A DNA stretch of 64,000 nucleotides from Syntrophomonadaceae bacterium (GTDB lineage: Bacteria; Bacillota; Dethiobacteria; DTU022): contig PWGX01000027.1 in assembly GCA_003554615.1 (NCBI GenBank), positions 38,619 through 102,618 on the forward strand. The letters are read 5' to 3'. Position 1 is the first letter of the stretch, and each line of letters begins with the position of its first letter. The notes under the pieces were generated by a model, which did not search any database, was not told the origin of the DNA, and was given only the letters and a program-made list of their open reading frames with translations. Shown piece by piece: positions 17,624 through 27,036 of the stretch. A program made the position numbers and the translations under genes.

Positions 17624-17655
17624 TTTTAGACGATCATAGCTTAAAAGTCAACCAA
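17624..17655 (-). repeat. conserved ~32-bp intergenic block upstream of paralogue L3 (promoter-like TTGACT-17-TAAAAC on minus strand); second copy at 19805-19836 upstream of L2
   Basis: tgttttagacgatcatagcttaaaagtcaacc (17624-17655) versus tgttttagacgataaaggctttaaagtcaacc (19805-19836). Duplicated together with the paralogous genes. Confidence 0.6.
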
Positions 17656-17690
17656 TGCAAAACATCAGCGTTTTCATAAAGATATACATA

Positions 17691-19724
17691 TCAGTTTCCG
17701 TATAAAAACACAATAAAGAGGATCACCCCTAACATAAACACCAGCAGCAGGTTGTCGAAATTCAGGTTTTTAATAGACCATTGCTCCTGATCCCACCAGA
17801 AAAAGCGCTTAAAATGTTCTTTTAAAAGTCGGTCCCGATCCAGTCCTTTACCGTAAACACAGTATGCCGATTGACCCGCCTCATCATGGGCCGGGTCAGG
17901 GATTTCTTCCATATCGCTTGAGTAATACTCAGCATACTTGTCTTCTTTATCGGCATGCTCGTAAAATTGTCCCAGGGCCATATCATTGATATTTGTTTCC
18001 CGTAAGAAGAATGACAGGACCAGCTGCGGGATAGGTTGAATAATAAGTCTTTGCATACAAAGTATGGGTGGAGGAGTCCATTCAAACCAGCCCCTGGTCG
18101 ATGCCGGCAGGTAAATAAACAGGGCCAGCAGGGTTACCAGCACCATTTTGCGCAGGGGATACCACTCAAAAAAACCGAACCCGTAAAGGTTGGCAATGCC
18201 GTAATCGCTGAACTCCAGCAGCTGTGCCCCGGGTACCAGCAGCCGTTCCAAAAGAAAGTTGGGGAAAATGCCCACTACCAGCACCAGGGCGGCAAAAACA
18301 ACCATTACAAAGTTGGCTGAAAGCGGAAGCTTGTAGTCCCGATCCAGTTTTTCCGGCACCGGGCCAAGAAACACCCCCTGAAAAAGCTTTAAGAAATAAC
18401 AAATCGTTAAAGCGCTGGTGATGAAGAAAAAGCGCTCGGCGACATAAATGCCGTAAATATCAAAGTGCTTGTAGGACTCCAGCATGGCATCGTGAATCAA
18501 AGTTTTGCTGGCAAAACCGTTAAATCCTGGAATGCCGGCGATGCCCAGGGCGGCGATTACAAAAACAACTGTTACCAGAGGCATCTTCCTGGCCATGCCG
18601 CCCAGACGGGATAAATCCTGTTCGTGGGTCAGCATGTAAACGACCCCGATCATGGAAAAGAGCCCGGCCTTGAAAACAGCATGATTGGCGATGTGATATA
18701 GAGAACCGGTAAAACCCATAGCTCCTTCTAAGCCCATAAACACGGCCACGCCAAGACCGGCGGCAATATATCCCATCTGGCTGATGCTGCTGTAAGCTAA
18801 AATTCTCTTGGCATTGCTTTGCAGCAGTGCCATCAAAGCCCCGGCCAGCATGGTCACAATCCCGATCCACATCAGGATATAGCCGCTGTTAAAGATAAAG
18901 GACCAGTCGGCGGTACTGCCCTCACCTGCAGGCCGGAACAGGATCAGGCTGACTCTCAGGATACCGTAAGCCCCGGCCTTGATCATAATCCCCGACAGCA
19001 GGGCGCTGGCCGGCGAAGGGGCCACGGGGTGGGCCAACGGAAGCCAGATGTGCAGGGGCACCAGGCCGGCTTTAATGCCAAAGCCAATCATAAAAAGAAC
19101 CAGGATGGCCAGGCGCTGCGCTCCCAGCTCTTCAAGCGCTGGAACCATGGCCAGGTGTCCGATATTGCCGTACACCAGAAGGAGGCCAAAGAAAAGCGAA
19201 AGGCCGCCAATTATAGCCATGTAAAGATACAGAGAACCGGCCTGCAGGGCTTCCCGGTCCTGCTTGTGGATAACCAAAACCAAAGAGCTAAATGTCATAA
19301 TCTCAAAAAAGATAAACAGTAAAAAAAAGTCGCCGGCAAATACAATCCCGAGCATAGCTCCCAGTGTAAAAATCAGGAAGCTGTAGTAGCGACGCCGGTT
19401 ATGCTCATAATCCATGTAAGAGAATGAAAATAAAATAGCCAGAAAATAAACCAGGGTGATCAGGACGGCAAAGACCCAGCTGATAATATCAATGCTAAAT
19501 AAAAGGCTAAACTGCAAGAATTCGATCAGGTCGCAGCCAACTTCCCCAACGAGAACATAAGGTAGGAGCCAGATTACACCGGCCAAAGAGAATAACGAGG
19601 CTAAAATAGAAACCACTTTACGAACCAGCATCTGATTTTCAGGGAAAAAGTACAGCACTATCCCGGTCAACATGGGAACCAGAACCAGGTAGAGGGGAAT
19701 ATATGTGGTAAATGTAACCTCCAC
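17691..19724 (-). CDS. NuoL/MrpA-type antiporter-like membrane subunit, paralogue L2
   Basis: 677 aa. Motif LAYSSISQMGYIAAGLGVAVFMG. Roughly 75% identical by eye to paralogue L1 (19890-21920). C-terminal tail ~110 aa hydrophilic, then …SIKNLNFDNLLLVFMLGVILFIVFLYGN. Confidence 0.8.
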   Translation of the reverse strand: MEVTFTTYIPLYLVLVPMLTGIVLYFFPENQMLVRKVVSILASLFSLAGVIWLLPYVLVGEVGCDLIEFLQFSLLFSIDIISWVFAVLITLVYFLAILFSFSYMDYEHNRRRYYSFLIFTLGAMLGIVFAGDFFLLFIFFEIMTFSSLVLVIHKQDREALQAGSLYLYMAIIGGLSLFFGLLLVYGNIGHLAMVPALEELGAQRLAILVLFMIGFGIKAGLVPLHIWLPLAHPVAPSPASALLSGIMIKAGAYGILRVSLILFRPAGEGSTADWSFIFNSGYILMWIGIVTMLAGALMALLQSNAKRILAYSSISQMGYIAAGLGVAVFMGLEGAMGFTGSLYHIANHAVFKAGLFSMIGVVYMLTHEQDLSRLGGMARKMPLVTVVFVIAALGIAGIPGFNGFASKTLIHDAMLESYKHFDIYGIYVAERFFFITSALTICYFLKLFQGVFLGPVPEKLDRDYKLPLSANFVMVVFAALVLVVGIFPNFLLERLLVPGAQLLEFSDYGIANLYGFGFFEWYPLRKMVLVTLLALFIYLPASTRGWFEWTPPPILCMQRLIIQPIPQLVLSFFLRETNINDMALGQFYEHADKEDKYAEYYSSDMEEIPDPAHDEAGQSAYCVYGKGLDRDRLLKEHFKRFFWWDQEQWSIKNLNFDNLLLVFMLGVILFIVFLYGN

Positions 19725-19889
19725 GGGCTAGATCACCTCATTATAAAGATAAATCTGTAAAAAAACCATAATCCATATTTTAATATAATTTTATTATTTA
19801 CTACTGTTTTAGACGATAAAGGCTTTAAAGTCAACCTGCTACTAAAAAGCGTGTTCTTGTTATCTTGAGTAACAGTGTCGATTGACCAA

Positions 19890-21920
19890 TCAATTGACGT
19901 ATAAAAACGCGATAAAAAGAATAACTGCCAGCACAAAAGCAAAAAGAAGGGTATCAAAACCTAAATTTTCCACGCGCCACTTACACTGATCCCACCGGGG
20001 AGAGCAATAAAAATCTTTTTCAAGATGCCTGCCCCGATCGAGTCCTTTGCCCGATATGTAGTAGGCAGATTGCCCCGTTTCATCATCAGCTGGATCCTGA
20101 ACTACTTCCATGTCGCTTAAATACTCAGTTTGTAAATTTTCTTTAACAGGATGCTCGTAAAACTGACCCAGGGCCATATCATTTACATTGATTTCCCTGA
20201 AAAGAAACTTCAAGACCAGATTCCACAGAGGCTCAAAAATTAGTTTTTGAATGCTCAGCCATGACGGCGGAGTCCAGTCAAACCAGCCCCTGGCAGACGC
20301 CGGCATGTAAATGAATAAGGCCAACAGAACAACAACCAGCGCTTTTTGCAAGGGGAACCATTCATAAAAATCAAACCCTGGCAGGTGCTCGATGTTATAT
20401 GCGCTAAAGTCCAACAACTGCGCTCCCGGTATAAGTAGCCGTTCCAGCAGCAGGTTCGGCAAAACCCCTACCCCCAAAACCAGAATGGCATAAACAACCA
20501 GGGCAATACTGGCTGAAACAGGCATTTTATAATCCTGGTCAAGTTTCCCAGGAACAGGGCCCAAAAACACCCCCTTAAACAACTTAATAAGGTAACAAAT
20601 CGTCAGGGCTCCAGCAATGATAAAAAAGCGTTCAGCAACAAAGATACCGTAAATATCATAATGCTTATAGGCTTCCAACATAGCATTATGAAGCAAAATC
20701 TTGCTGGTAAACCCGTTAAATCCCGGTATACCAGCGATTCCCAGGGCGGTAATTACAAAGGTAACCGTCACCAGGGGCATCTTTCTGGCCATCCCGCCCA
20801 GGCGGGAGAGGTCCAGTTCGTGGGTCAGCAAGTAAACAACCCCGATCATGGTAAAGAGCCCGGCCTTAAAAACAGTGTGGTTGGCAATGTGATAAAGAGC
20901 GCCGGTAAAACCTTTTGCTCCTTCCAACCCCATAAACACGGCCACACCAAGGCCGGCGGCAATATATCCCACCTGGCTGATACTGCTGTAGGCCAGAATC
21001 CTCCTGGTATTGCTCTGCAGCAAAGCCATCAAAGCCCCGCCAATCATAGTCACAATCCCGATCCACATCAGGATATAGCCGCTATTAAAAATAAAGATCC
21101 AGTCGGAGACACTGCCTCCATCTGCCGGCCGGAACAGGATCAGGCTGACCCTCAGAATACCGTAAATTCCGACCTTACTCATGATACCAGCCATTACGAC
21201 TGTAACCGGTGAGGGAGCCGCTGAATAAGCCGGGGGTGCCCATATATGAAACGGAACCAGGCCAATTTTTATCCCAAAACAAATCATGAAAAGGAATAAA
21301 ATAGGCAATCGCTGGGCTCCCAGCTCTTCAAGCACCGGGATCATGTCTAGATGACCACTTTTATCATATAAGAGCAGGATGGCAAATAACAATGCCAAAC
21401 CGCCTATAATATTCATGTACAGGTAAAGCGAACCTGCCTGCAAAGAATCACGGTCCTGTTTATGTATAACCAGGACAAATGAACTCAAAGTTAAAATTTC
21501 GAAAAAAATAAAAAACGAAAAAAAATCACCGGCGAAAACTACCCCCAGGATCGCACCAAGGGTAAAAAACAAGAAGCTGTAGTAGCGGCGCGGATTATGA
21601 TCCTGATCCATATAAGAAAAAGAAAACAATATAACCAGAAAATAGACCAGGGTAATCAGGCTCGCAAAAATCCAGCTGATTAGATCGATGCTGAAATAAA
21701 GCCCTAATTCCATGAATTTGGTCAGGCCACAGAAAATTTCACCTTGCAACACATAAGGAAGAAGCCAGATCACACCGATCATTGAAAACAAGGAGACAAC
21801 CATGGCTCCCACTTTGTGAATTAGCAATCGGTCTTTAGGAAACAAGTACAGCAATATCCCCGTCAACATGGGCAATAAGACCAGGTATAAAGGGACAAGT
21901 GTGTTAAATGTAACCACCAC
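19890..21920 (-). CDS. NuoL/MrpA-type antiporter-like membrane subunit, paralogue L1
   Basis: 676 aa. A tandem duplicate of paralogue L2: the sequences align along their whole length. Tail ends …RVENLGFDTLLFAFVLAVILFIAFLYVN. Confidence 0.8.
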   Translation of the reverse strand: MVVTFNTLVPLYLVLLPMLTGILLYLFPKDRLLIHKVGAMVVSLFSMIGVIWLLPYVLQGEIFCGLTKFMELGLYFSIDLISWIFASLITLVYFLVILFSFSYMDQDHNPRRYYSFLFFTLGAILGVVFAGDFFSFFIFFEILTLSSFVLVIHKQDRDSLQAGSLYLYMNIIGGLALLFAILLLYDKSGHLDMIPVLEELGAQRLPILFLFMICFGIKIGLVPFHIWAPPAYSAAPSPVTVVMAGIMSKVGIYGILRVSLILFRPADGGSVSDWIFIFNSGYILMWIGIVTMIGGALMALLQSNTRRILAYSSISQVGYIAAGLGVAVFMGLEGAKGFTGALYHIANHTVFKAGLFTMIGVVYLLTHELDLSRLGGMARKMPLVTVTFVITALGIAGIPGFNGFTSKILLHNAMLEAYKHYDIYGIFVAERFFIIAGALTICYLIKLFKGVFLGPVPGKLDQDYKMPVSASIALVVYAILVLGVGVLPNLLLERLLIPGAQLLDFSAYNIEHLPGFDFYEWFPLQKALVVVLLALFIYMPASARGWFDWTPPSWLSIQKLIFEPLWNLVLKFLFREINVNDMALGQFYEHPVKENLQTEYLSDMEVVQDPADDETGQSAYYISGKGLDRGRHLEKDFYCSPRWDQCKWRVENLGFDTLLFAFVLAVILFIAFLYVN

Positions 21921-21952
21921 GTGCTAAATCACCTCAATCGAACATTGGATTC

Positions 21953-23461
21953 TTAAAACCACCCTCCCTTTAATAAGAAGTCCGAGGTCATCTGGGACAA
22001 ATCAAATGGCACATTTATAGGTGACAGCCCGAAAATAACAGTGAAAATGGCCAGTATTATCATTGGGGCCAGCATCTTTGGGGGGACATCCTGGACACTT
22101 AATTTTAAAGCATGTCCCTGCTCCTCATCCCCGACCATCTCGAAAAAGGCGGGGACAATGATCGGCAGATAGTAAAGAGCGTTAAGCAAACTGCTGATTA
22201 AAAGCACAATGACATAGAAGGTAGCATTGGCATCAAGGGCCCCCAATCCCAGGGTCCATTTGCTCAAAAACCCGCTCAAAGGCGGAATTCCGATCATGGC
22301 CAGGGCAGCAATAGAAAAGCAGGCCATAGTGAAAGGCATTTCCCGGCCGATGCTGCCCAGCTCAGAAATAGTCCGTTTGCCGGTTTTCCATATGATCGCT
22401 CCTGCGGCAAGGAAGAGGCAGCTCTTCATGATAGCATGGCAAAAGATGTGAAACACGGCCCCAATGATGGCATTTTCATTGAGCACGCTCAAACCTAAAA
22501 GCACGTACCCCATCATCCCCACACTTGAATAAGCCAGGCGCCTCTTAAGGTCATTCTGGGTCAGGGCAACAGCGGAGCCCAGTAAAATAGTTATAACAGC
22601 CAGGACTCCCAGGACTATATCCCAGTTGTTAGTTTGCATAACTTCAATCGAAAAGGCGTTAAATATAACCCTGAACAAGCCGTAAGCCCCGGTTTTCAGC
22701 ATTACCCCGGAAAGGAGGGCGCTGGCGGGTGAAGGGGCAACCGGGTGGGCATCCGGGAGCCAGACGTGAAGCGGGAACATCCCGGCCTTCATCCCGAAGC
22801 CAATCAAGAAACACATAAAGGCCAGGAAAGCGATCAGGGTCCCTTCTTCTATAATTGATCCCACCCCGAACGATACAGTTCCGCCAAGCTCAAAGGTAAT
22901 GATAATGCCAAAGAAGAGGGCCAAACCGCCGATAATGGTCATAACCAGGTACTTGTAGCCGGCTTTCAGGGCCTCTTCCGTTTCCTCGTGAACTACCAGG
23001 ATATAAGAAATAAGAGACATTAACTCAAAAAACACAAAGAGAGTAAAAAAGTCGCCGGCCAGGAAAATACCAAGACAGCTGCCCAGAGTAAACATCAAAA
23101 CCGGGTAATAACGGCTCCCCCCGTGTTCTTTCGCCATGTAGTCAATAGAATAGATCGTGCTCAGAAGCCAGATGAAGGAAGCAATAGCTGTCAGGCTAAA
23201 ACTAAGAACATCAAGCCTGATCGAAATTTCCAGATTCGGCAATATCTCAAAGAATGTATGTTGAACAATGCCGCCTCTCACTACAAAAGGATAGAGAGTC
23301 AGGACCAGCAGGAAAGTAATTGCGCTTGTCACCACGGCCAGGATATCGCGTAGTTTTTCTGAGCGGTCGCTTACCGACATCAGGATCGGGGTCATTATGA
23401 TTGGGAAAAAGATTACAACCAGGATTACTGTTATTGCTGTCGCTTCATCCACCGAAGCCAC
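21953..23461 (-). CDS. mrpD: MrpD/NuoM-N-type antiporter-like subunit (paralogue D2)
   Basis: 502 aa, 14 TM helices. Motifs …RLAYSSVGMMGYVLLGL… and HPVAPSPASALLSGVMLKTGAYGLFR. Confidence 0.8.
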   Translation of the reverse strand: MASVDEATAITVILVVIFFPIIMTPILMSVSDRSEKLRDILAVVTSAITFLLVLTLYPFVVRGGIVQHTFFEILPNLEISIRLDVLSFSLTAIASFIWLLSTIYSIDYMAKEHGGSRYYPVLMFTLGSCLGIFLAGDFFTLFVFFELMSLISYILVVHEETEEALKAGYKYLVMTIIGGLALFFGIIITFELGGTVSFGVGSIIEEGTLIAFLAFMCFLIGFGMKAGMFPLHVWLPDAHPVAPSPASALLSGVMLKTGAYGLFRVIFNAFSIEVMQTNNWDIVLGVLAVITILLGSAVALTQNDLKRRLAYSSVGMMGYVLLGLSVLNENAIIGAVFHIFCHAIMKSCLFLAAGAIIWKTGKRTISELGSIGREMPFTMACFSIAALAMIGIPPLSGFLSKWTLGLGALDANATFYVIVLLISSLLNALYYLPIIVPAFFEMVGDEEQGHALKLSVQDVPPKMLAPMIILAIFTVIFGLSPINVPFDLSQMTSDFLLKGGWF

Positions 23462-23526
23462 CTCCAGGGTTCATTATATAGTTCAATTAAGTACACGGCA
23501 GTATTTTAAAACAGTCCCAGGGATTG

Positions 23527-25029
23527 TTAAAAAAACAATGCTAATGCCTCATCCAGCAATACTATGGCAGGCCTGGAGAAAACTCCGAAAAAGATTATGG
23601 CTGCCATCCCGACAATAAGCGGGATCAACATCTTGCGGGGGACCGGCTTTACCTGATGCTGGAACTGTTCCTGCTGCATAAAAGCATTGACGATGATCGG
23701 CATGTAATAAACCGCGTTCAACAAACTGCTGGCCAGGATGATTACTACAAAAATGGGCCTTCCGATTTCCAGGGCACCAAGGGCCAGGTACCACTTGCTG
23801 ATCAGTCCCCCGGTCCCCGGAATACCGATCATAGAAGCGCTTCCAATGGTAAAGGCAATCATGGTGATCGGCAATACCTGCCCGATCCCTCCCAGCTGTT
23901 TGATCTGGCGAATCCCGGTGGTGTAAATAATTATCCCGGCACACATAAAAAGCATTGATTTCATGATCGCATGCACCAATAAATGATAAAAACCACCGGT
24001 CATGGCGATAATGTCGTCCAAACCGATACCGAGAAATACATAGCCGATCTGGCCGATACTGGAATACGCCAGCATCTTTTTTAAATCAACCTGAACCATC
24101 GCAAATATAGAACCAAACATGATCCCCATAGAAGAAAGCCAGAGCACGATCTCATTCAAGGGTATAGACTCAAGCAGCGAGCGTGGAAACAGCTGGTAAA
24201 ACATAATAAAGAGGGCAAATGCGTATATCTTAATCACCAGGCCCGAAAGCATTGCGCTCGATGGCGAAGGTGCCGAAGCATGGGCGTCGGGGAGCCACAC
24301 ATGGAGCGGGAATAGGGCCGCCTTGGTTCCAAAAGCCACTATGAAAAGGGCCGCTGCGGCAAACATGTTGTTCGGATATAATTCAACGGCCTCAGGCAAA
24401 GCCGCATTAACCAGGTCGTAATTCATCTGCCCGGTAACCATGTAAATCATGGCCACCCCGAGCAGGAAACAGCCAGTTCCCATGGCGCTCAAAATGAGAT
24501 ATTTGAAGCTTGCTTCCAGACAGGCGCGATCTTCCTTAATTGAAATAATAGCACAGGCAGAGATAGCGCATATTTCCATTAACACGAACAAGTTAAAGAG
24601 GTCATTGGTCAGGGCCATGCCGGCCATCGAGCCGACCACCAGGGCATAGAGGGTATAATACCAGCCCATAACTTCCGTTTTTAATTCATGTTCCAGGTCT
24701 TTCAAAGCATAAACCATGATCCAGAGGCTGACGGCCAGGACAATCAAAAGCATATAAACCCTGAGCAGGTTAACTTTGAACTCAATGCCCCACGGCGGAG
24801 GCCAGCCGCCCATATAATAGGTAAATTCACCAACCTGTAAAACCTGGACCAACAGGTAAACCGCCATCACCAGGGCCAGGAACAGGGAGGCAATCAAGGC
24901 CGGAGCACTGGCCTTTCTGGCCCAGCGGTATAAAATTGGGGACAAAAATGAAATGCCTAAAAGAATTGCTAAGATTAATGCTGGAAAATGATTGGTTAAT
25001 TCCACTACTCCCGGCTCCTTATCAGGCAA
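23527..25029 (-). CDS. mrpD: MrpD/NuoM-N-type antiporter-like subunit (paralogue D1)
   Basis: 500 aa. Motif …KMLAYSSIGQIGYVFLGIG…. Start overlaps mrpC. Confidence 0.8.
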   Translation of the reverse strand: MPDKEPGVVELTNHFPALILAILLGISFLSPILYRWARKASAPALIASLFLALVMAVYLLVQVLQVGEFTYYMGGWPPPWGIEFKVNLLRVYMLLIVLAVSLWIMVYALKDLEHELKTEVMGWYYTLYALVVGSMAGMALTNDLFNLFVLMEICAISACAIISIKEDRACLEASFKYLILSAMGTGCFLLGVAMIYMVTGQMNYDLVNAALPEAVELYPNNMFAAAALFIVAFGTKAALFPLHVWLPDAHASAPSPSSAMLSGLVIKIYAFALFIMFYQLFPRSLLESIPLNEIVLWLSSMGIMFGSIFAMVQVDLKKMLAYSSIGQIGYVFLGIGLDDIIAMTGGFYHLLVHAIMKSMLFMCAGIIIYTTGIRQIKQLGGIGQVLPITMIAFTIGSASMIGIPGTGGLISKWYLALGALEIGRPIFVVIILASSLLNAVYYMPIIVNAFMQQEQFQHQVKPVPRKMLIPLIVGMAAIIFFGVFSRPAIVLLDEALALFF

Positions 25030-25376
25030 ATTTCGTCGTAATCAACAGTTCCGTAATAGCGGTAAATTTTTACAACCAGGCTTAAAGCATAAGCGGTAAT
25101 ACTAACGGCAACCACGATCCCGGTCAGCATCAATGATCCGGGAAGGGGGTTTACATACAGGACTTCGTTGGCCGGAGCCGTTACAATCGGAGCTGCTCCC
25201 CCGTAGGTGTATCCAGTAGCCACAAACATCAAAAAAACAGAGGTGTCCATGATATTCATCGCAATTACTTTTTTGATCAGATTCGAGTGAGTGAGCATGG
25301 TATGCATACCGATGACAAAGAGCAGAATCGCCACCATGTAATAGTAATTGTGGGCAATCTTAATGAGCATCTCCAC
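25005..25376 (-). CDS. mrpC: Mrp antiporter subunit C (NuoK-like)
   Basis: 123 aa, 3 TM helices. Position and size match MrpC/MbhG. Confidence 0.65.
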   Translation of the reverse strand: MEMLIKIAHNYYYMVAILLFVIGMHTMLTHSNLIKKVIAMNIMDTSVFLMFVATGYTYGGAAPIVTAPANEVLYVNPLPGSLMLTGIVVAVSITAYALSLVVKIYRYYGTVDYDEICLIRSRE

Positions 25377-25803
25377 TTTTCTCTTCCCCCTCGATAATGT
25401 TATAGAATAAAGTTACAATGGTACTGGCCACCTTAACCCCAAGGAAAGCCGTGATAATGAAAATCGCTCCGGCGCTGAATAATTCCCCGGCTTCACCCAG
25501 GGGAAAACCGGCCCCCCGGTTGGCCAGAAAATTGGCCCCAACAGCAACTCCCACCAGGCCGGTAACAACAAACCCTAGCGCTCCCCCGCTTTCCAGGACC
25601 GATGCGGTGGTATGAGAAATCTGCTTGGCCCCGACTTCCAGGTTAAAGGAAAGGGCCACCAGGACAAGGCTCGCTCCAAATATCGCTCCTCCAGAGAATC
25701 CCCCACCGGGAGACAGGTGGCCGTGCAGGATTACATAAATCCCGTAAACCTGGATAAAGGGCGTCACAAGCCTGCTGGTTATACGTACAATTTGGTCTTC
25801 CAC
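25360..25803 (-). CDS. mrpB: Mrp antiporter subunit B (MnhB domain)
   Basis: 147 aa. Signature HGHLSPGGGFSGG (compare Bacillus MrpB AGHYTPGGGFVGG). Confidence 0.7.
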   Translation of the reverse strand: MEDQIVRITSRLVTPFIQVYGIYVILHGHLSPGGGFSGGAIFGASLVLVALSFNLEVGAKQISHTTASVLESGGALGFVVTGLVGVAVGANFLANRGAGFPLGEAGELFSAGAIFIITAFLGVKVASTIVTLFYNIIEGEEKSGDAH

Positions 25804-25821
25804 GGCTAACTACCCCCCTTG

Positions 25822-26157
25822 CTAATGGGATTTCAGGGTTGCTATTACCGCGGCAATGGCCACAAAAAGGACCGTCGCTTCACCCAGGGTGTCGAAAGCG
25901 CGGTAATCGATAATAACACTGCTTACGATATTGACGGCACCGGTATCGGTTATCCCCTGTTCCATGTATCGGGCCGGTATTTCATTGAATACCGGGTTAG
26001 TTGGATCCCCAAAAGGCGGCATTTCCGCAACAGTAAAACTGAAGAAAAATCCAATCAGACCGACCAGCAAAATTGTAAACACACCACGAGCCTGGAGGCG
26101 CAATAGATAGCGCATGGCAAAGATGGCTGCGATTATGATAAACAGAATATCTTCCAC
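25822..26157 (-). CDS. MbhE-like small membrane protein (MrpA C-terminal-domain-like; IDYRAFDTLGE motif)
   Basis: 111 aa. Motif NIVSSVIIDYRAFDTLGEATVLF is typical of the MrpA C-terminal / MnhB-related domain. Confidence 0.55.
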   Translation of the reverse strand: MEDILFIIIAAIFAMRYLLRLQARGVFTILLVGLIGFFFSFTVAEMPPFGDPTNPVFNEIPARYMEQGITDTGAVNIVSSVIIDYRAFDTLGEATVLFVAIAAVIATLKSH

Positions 26158-26181
26158 TCAAATATCCCCCCTACAGGAACC

Positions 26182-26442
26182 TTATTCAGCCCGCCTGGTT
26201 TTACTGATAGCCGCTATCAATAGCAGGGTCGTTACCCCGGTGCCCAGGGCCGCTTCAACCATGGCCACGTCGGGTGAGCTGAGCTGCTGCCATACAATAG
26301 CCATAATCAACCCAAAAGAGGCAAAAACGATCACAGCGCTAAGCATATCCCGGATCTGGGCCACCGCGATAGCACAAACAATAAGAAACAGTAACAACAA
26401 AGCATTTAAAACTTCAGTCAGTACTTCGGTCATCTGGCTCAC
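26182..26442 (-). CDS. MbhD-like small membrane protein (DUF4040-like; MrpA C-terminal-domain-like)
   Basis: 86 aa with 2-3 TM helices. Positioned like MbhD in mbhABCDEFGH-type clusters. Confidence 0.5.
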   Translation of the reverse strand: MSQMTEVLTEVLNALLLLFLIVCAIAVAQIRDMLSAVIVFASFGLIMAIVWQQLSSPDVAMVEAALGTGVTTLLLIAAISKTRRAE

Positions 26443-26746
26443 TCCTGCCGATAATGGGGGTGATCCCGGTTGAATAGGCAGCTCTGGCTATAACGTGGGC
26501 AGCCGTCGGGTTGGTGATTAAAATAAAAATAATTAACAGGGCCAGCCTGATCGCCACCGCCAGTTCACTTTGCAAAGCGAGGGACAACAAAACCAGGCCC
26601 GCACCCAGGGTGTCGCACTTGGTCGTCGCGTGAAGGCGGTTATAAACATCGGGCAGCCTCAGCAGGCCGATAGTGGCAACCGCCAGGAAAAATATTCCCA
26701 CGATAAATGATAATATCGACAATATATAAAGTCCCGTATTCAGCAA
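26414..26746 (-). CDS. mrpG: Mrp antiporter subunit G
   Basis: Motif LRLPDVYNRLHATTKCDTLGAG matches the MrpG/MnhG signature (LPDVFTR.HAATKA.TLG). Confidence 0.75.
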   Translation of the reverse strand: MLNTGLYILSILSFIVGIFFLAVATIGLLRLPDVYNRLHATTKCDTLGAGLVLLSLALQSELAVAIRLALLIIFILITNPTAAHVIARAAYSTGITPIIGRSEPDDRSTD

Positions 26747-26754
26747 AGTTTCGA

Positions 26755-27036
26755 TCAGTCCAGGGCTCCTTTCTCCAGGTACTTGGCCACGCCAATTGTG
26801 GTAATAAAGCCCATCAGGGCATAGACCATGGCAATATCAAGAAAATAAACCTGTTCATAAATCCGGGCGATCAGGGTAATAATGATCAAAGTATAGGTCG
26901 TAATGATATTGATGGCCACTACCCTGTCTGGAGCCGTCGGGCCGGCCAGGGCCCTAATCATGGAAAAGAAAATCATGAGCATGACCAGGATCGCCCCTAT
27001 AGTATACGTATAATCCAATATTTGTTCAAAAATCAT
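26755..27036 (-). CDS. mrpF: Mrp antiporter subunit F
   Basis: 93 aa. Motif GPTAPDRVVAINIITT (MrpF DRVVA motif). Confidence 0.7.
   Translation of the reverse strand: MIFEQILDYTYTIGAILVMLMIFFSMIRALAGPTAPDRVVAINIITTYTLIIITLIARIYEQVYFLDIAMVYALMGFITTIGVAKYLEKGALD

Noticed and set aside
17691-21920. Tandem paralogues as a mobile element or IS-mediated duplication
   Set aside because: No transposase, integrase, inverted terminal repeats or target-site duplications are present. This looks like a simple tandem gene duplication.
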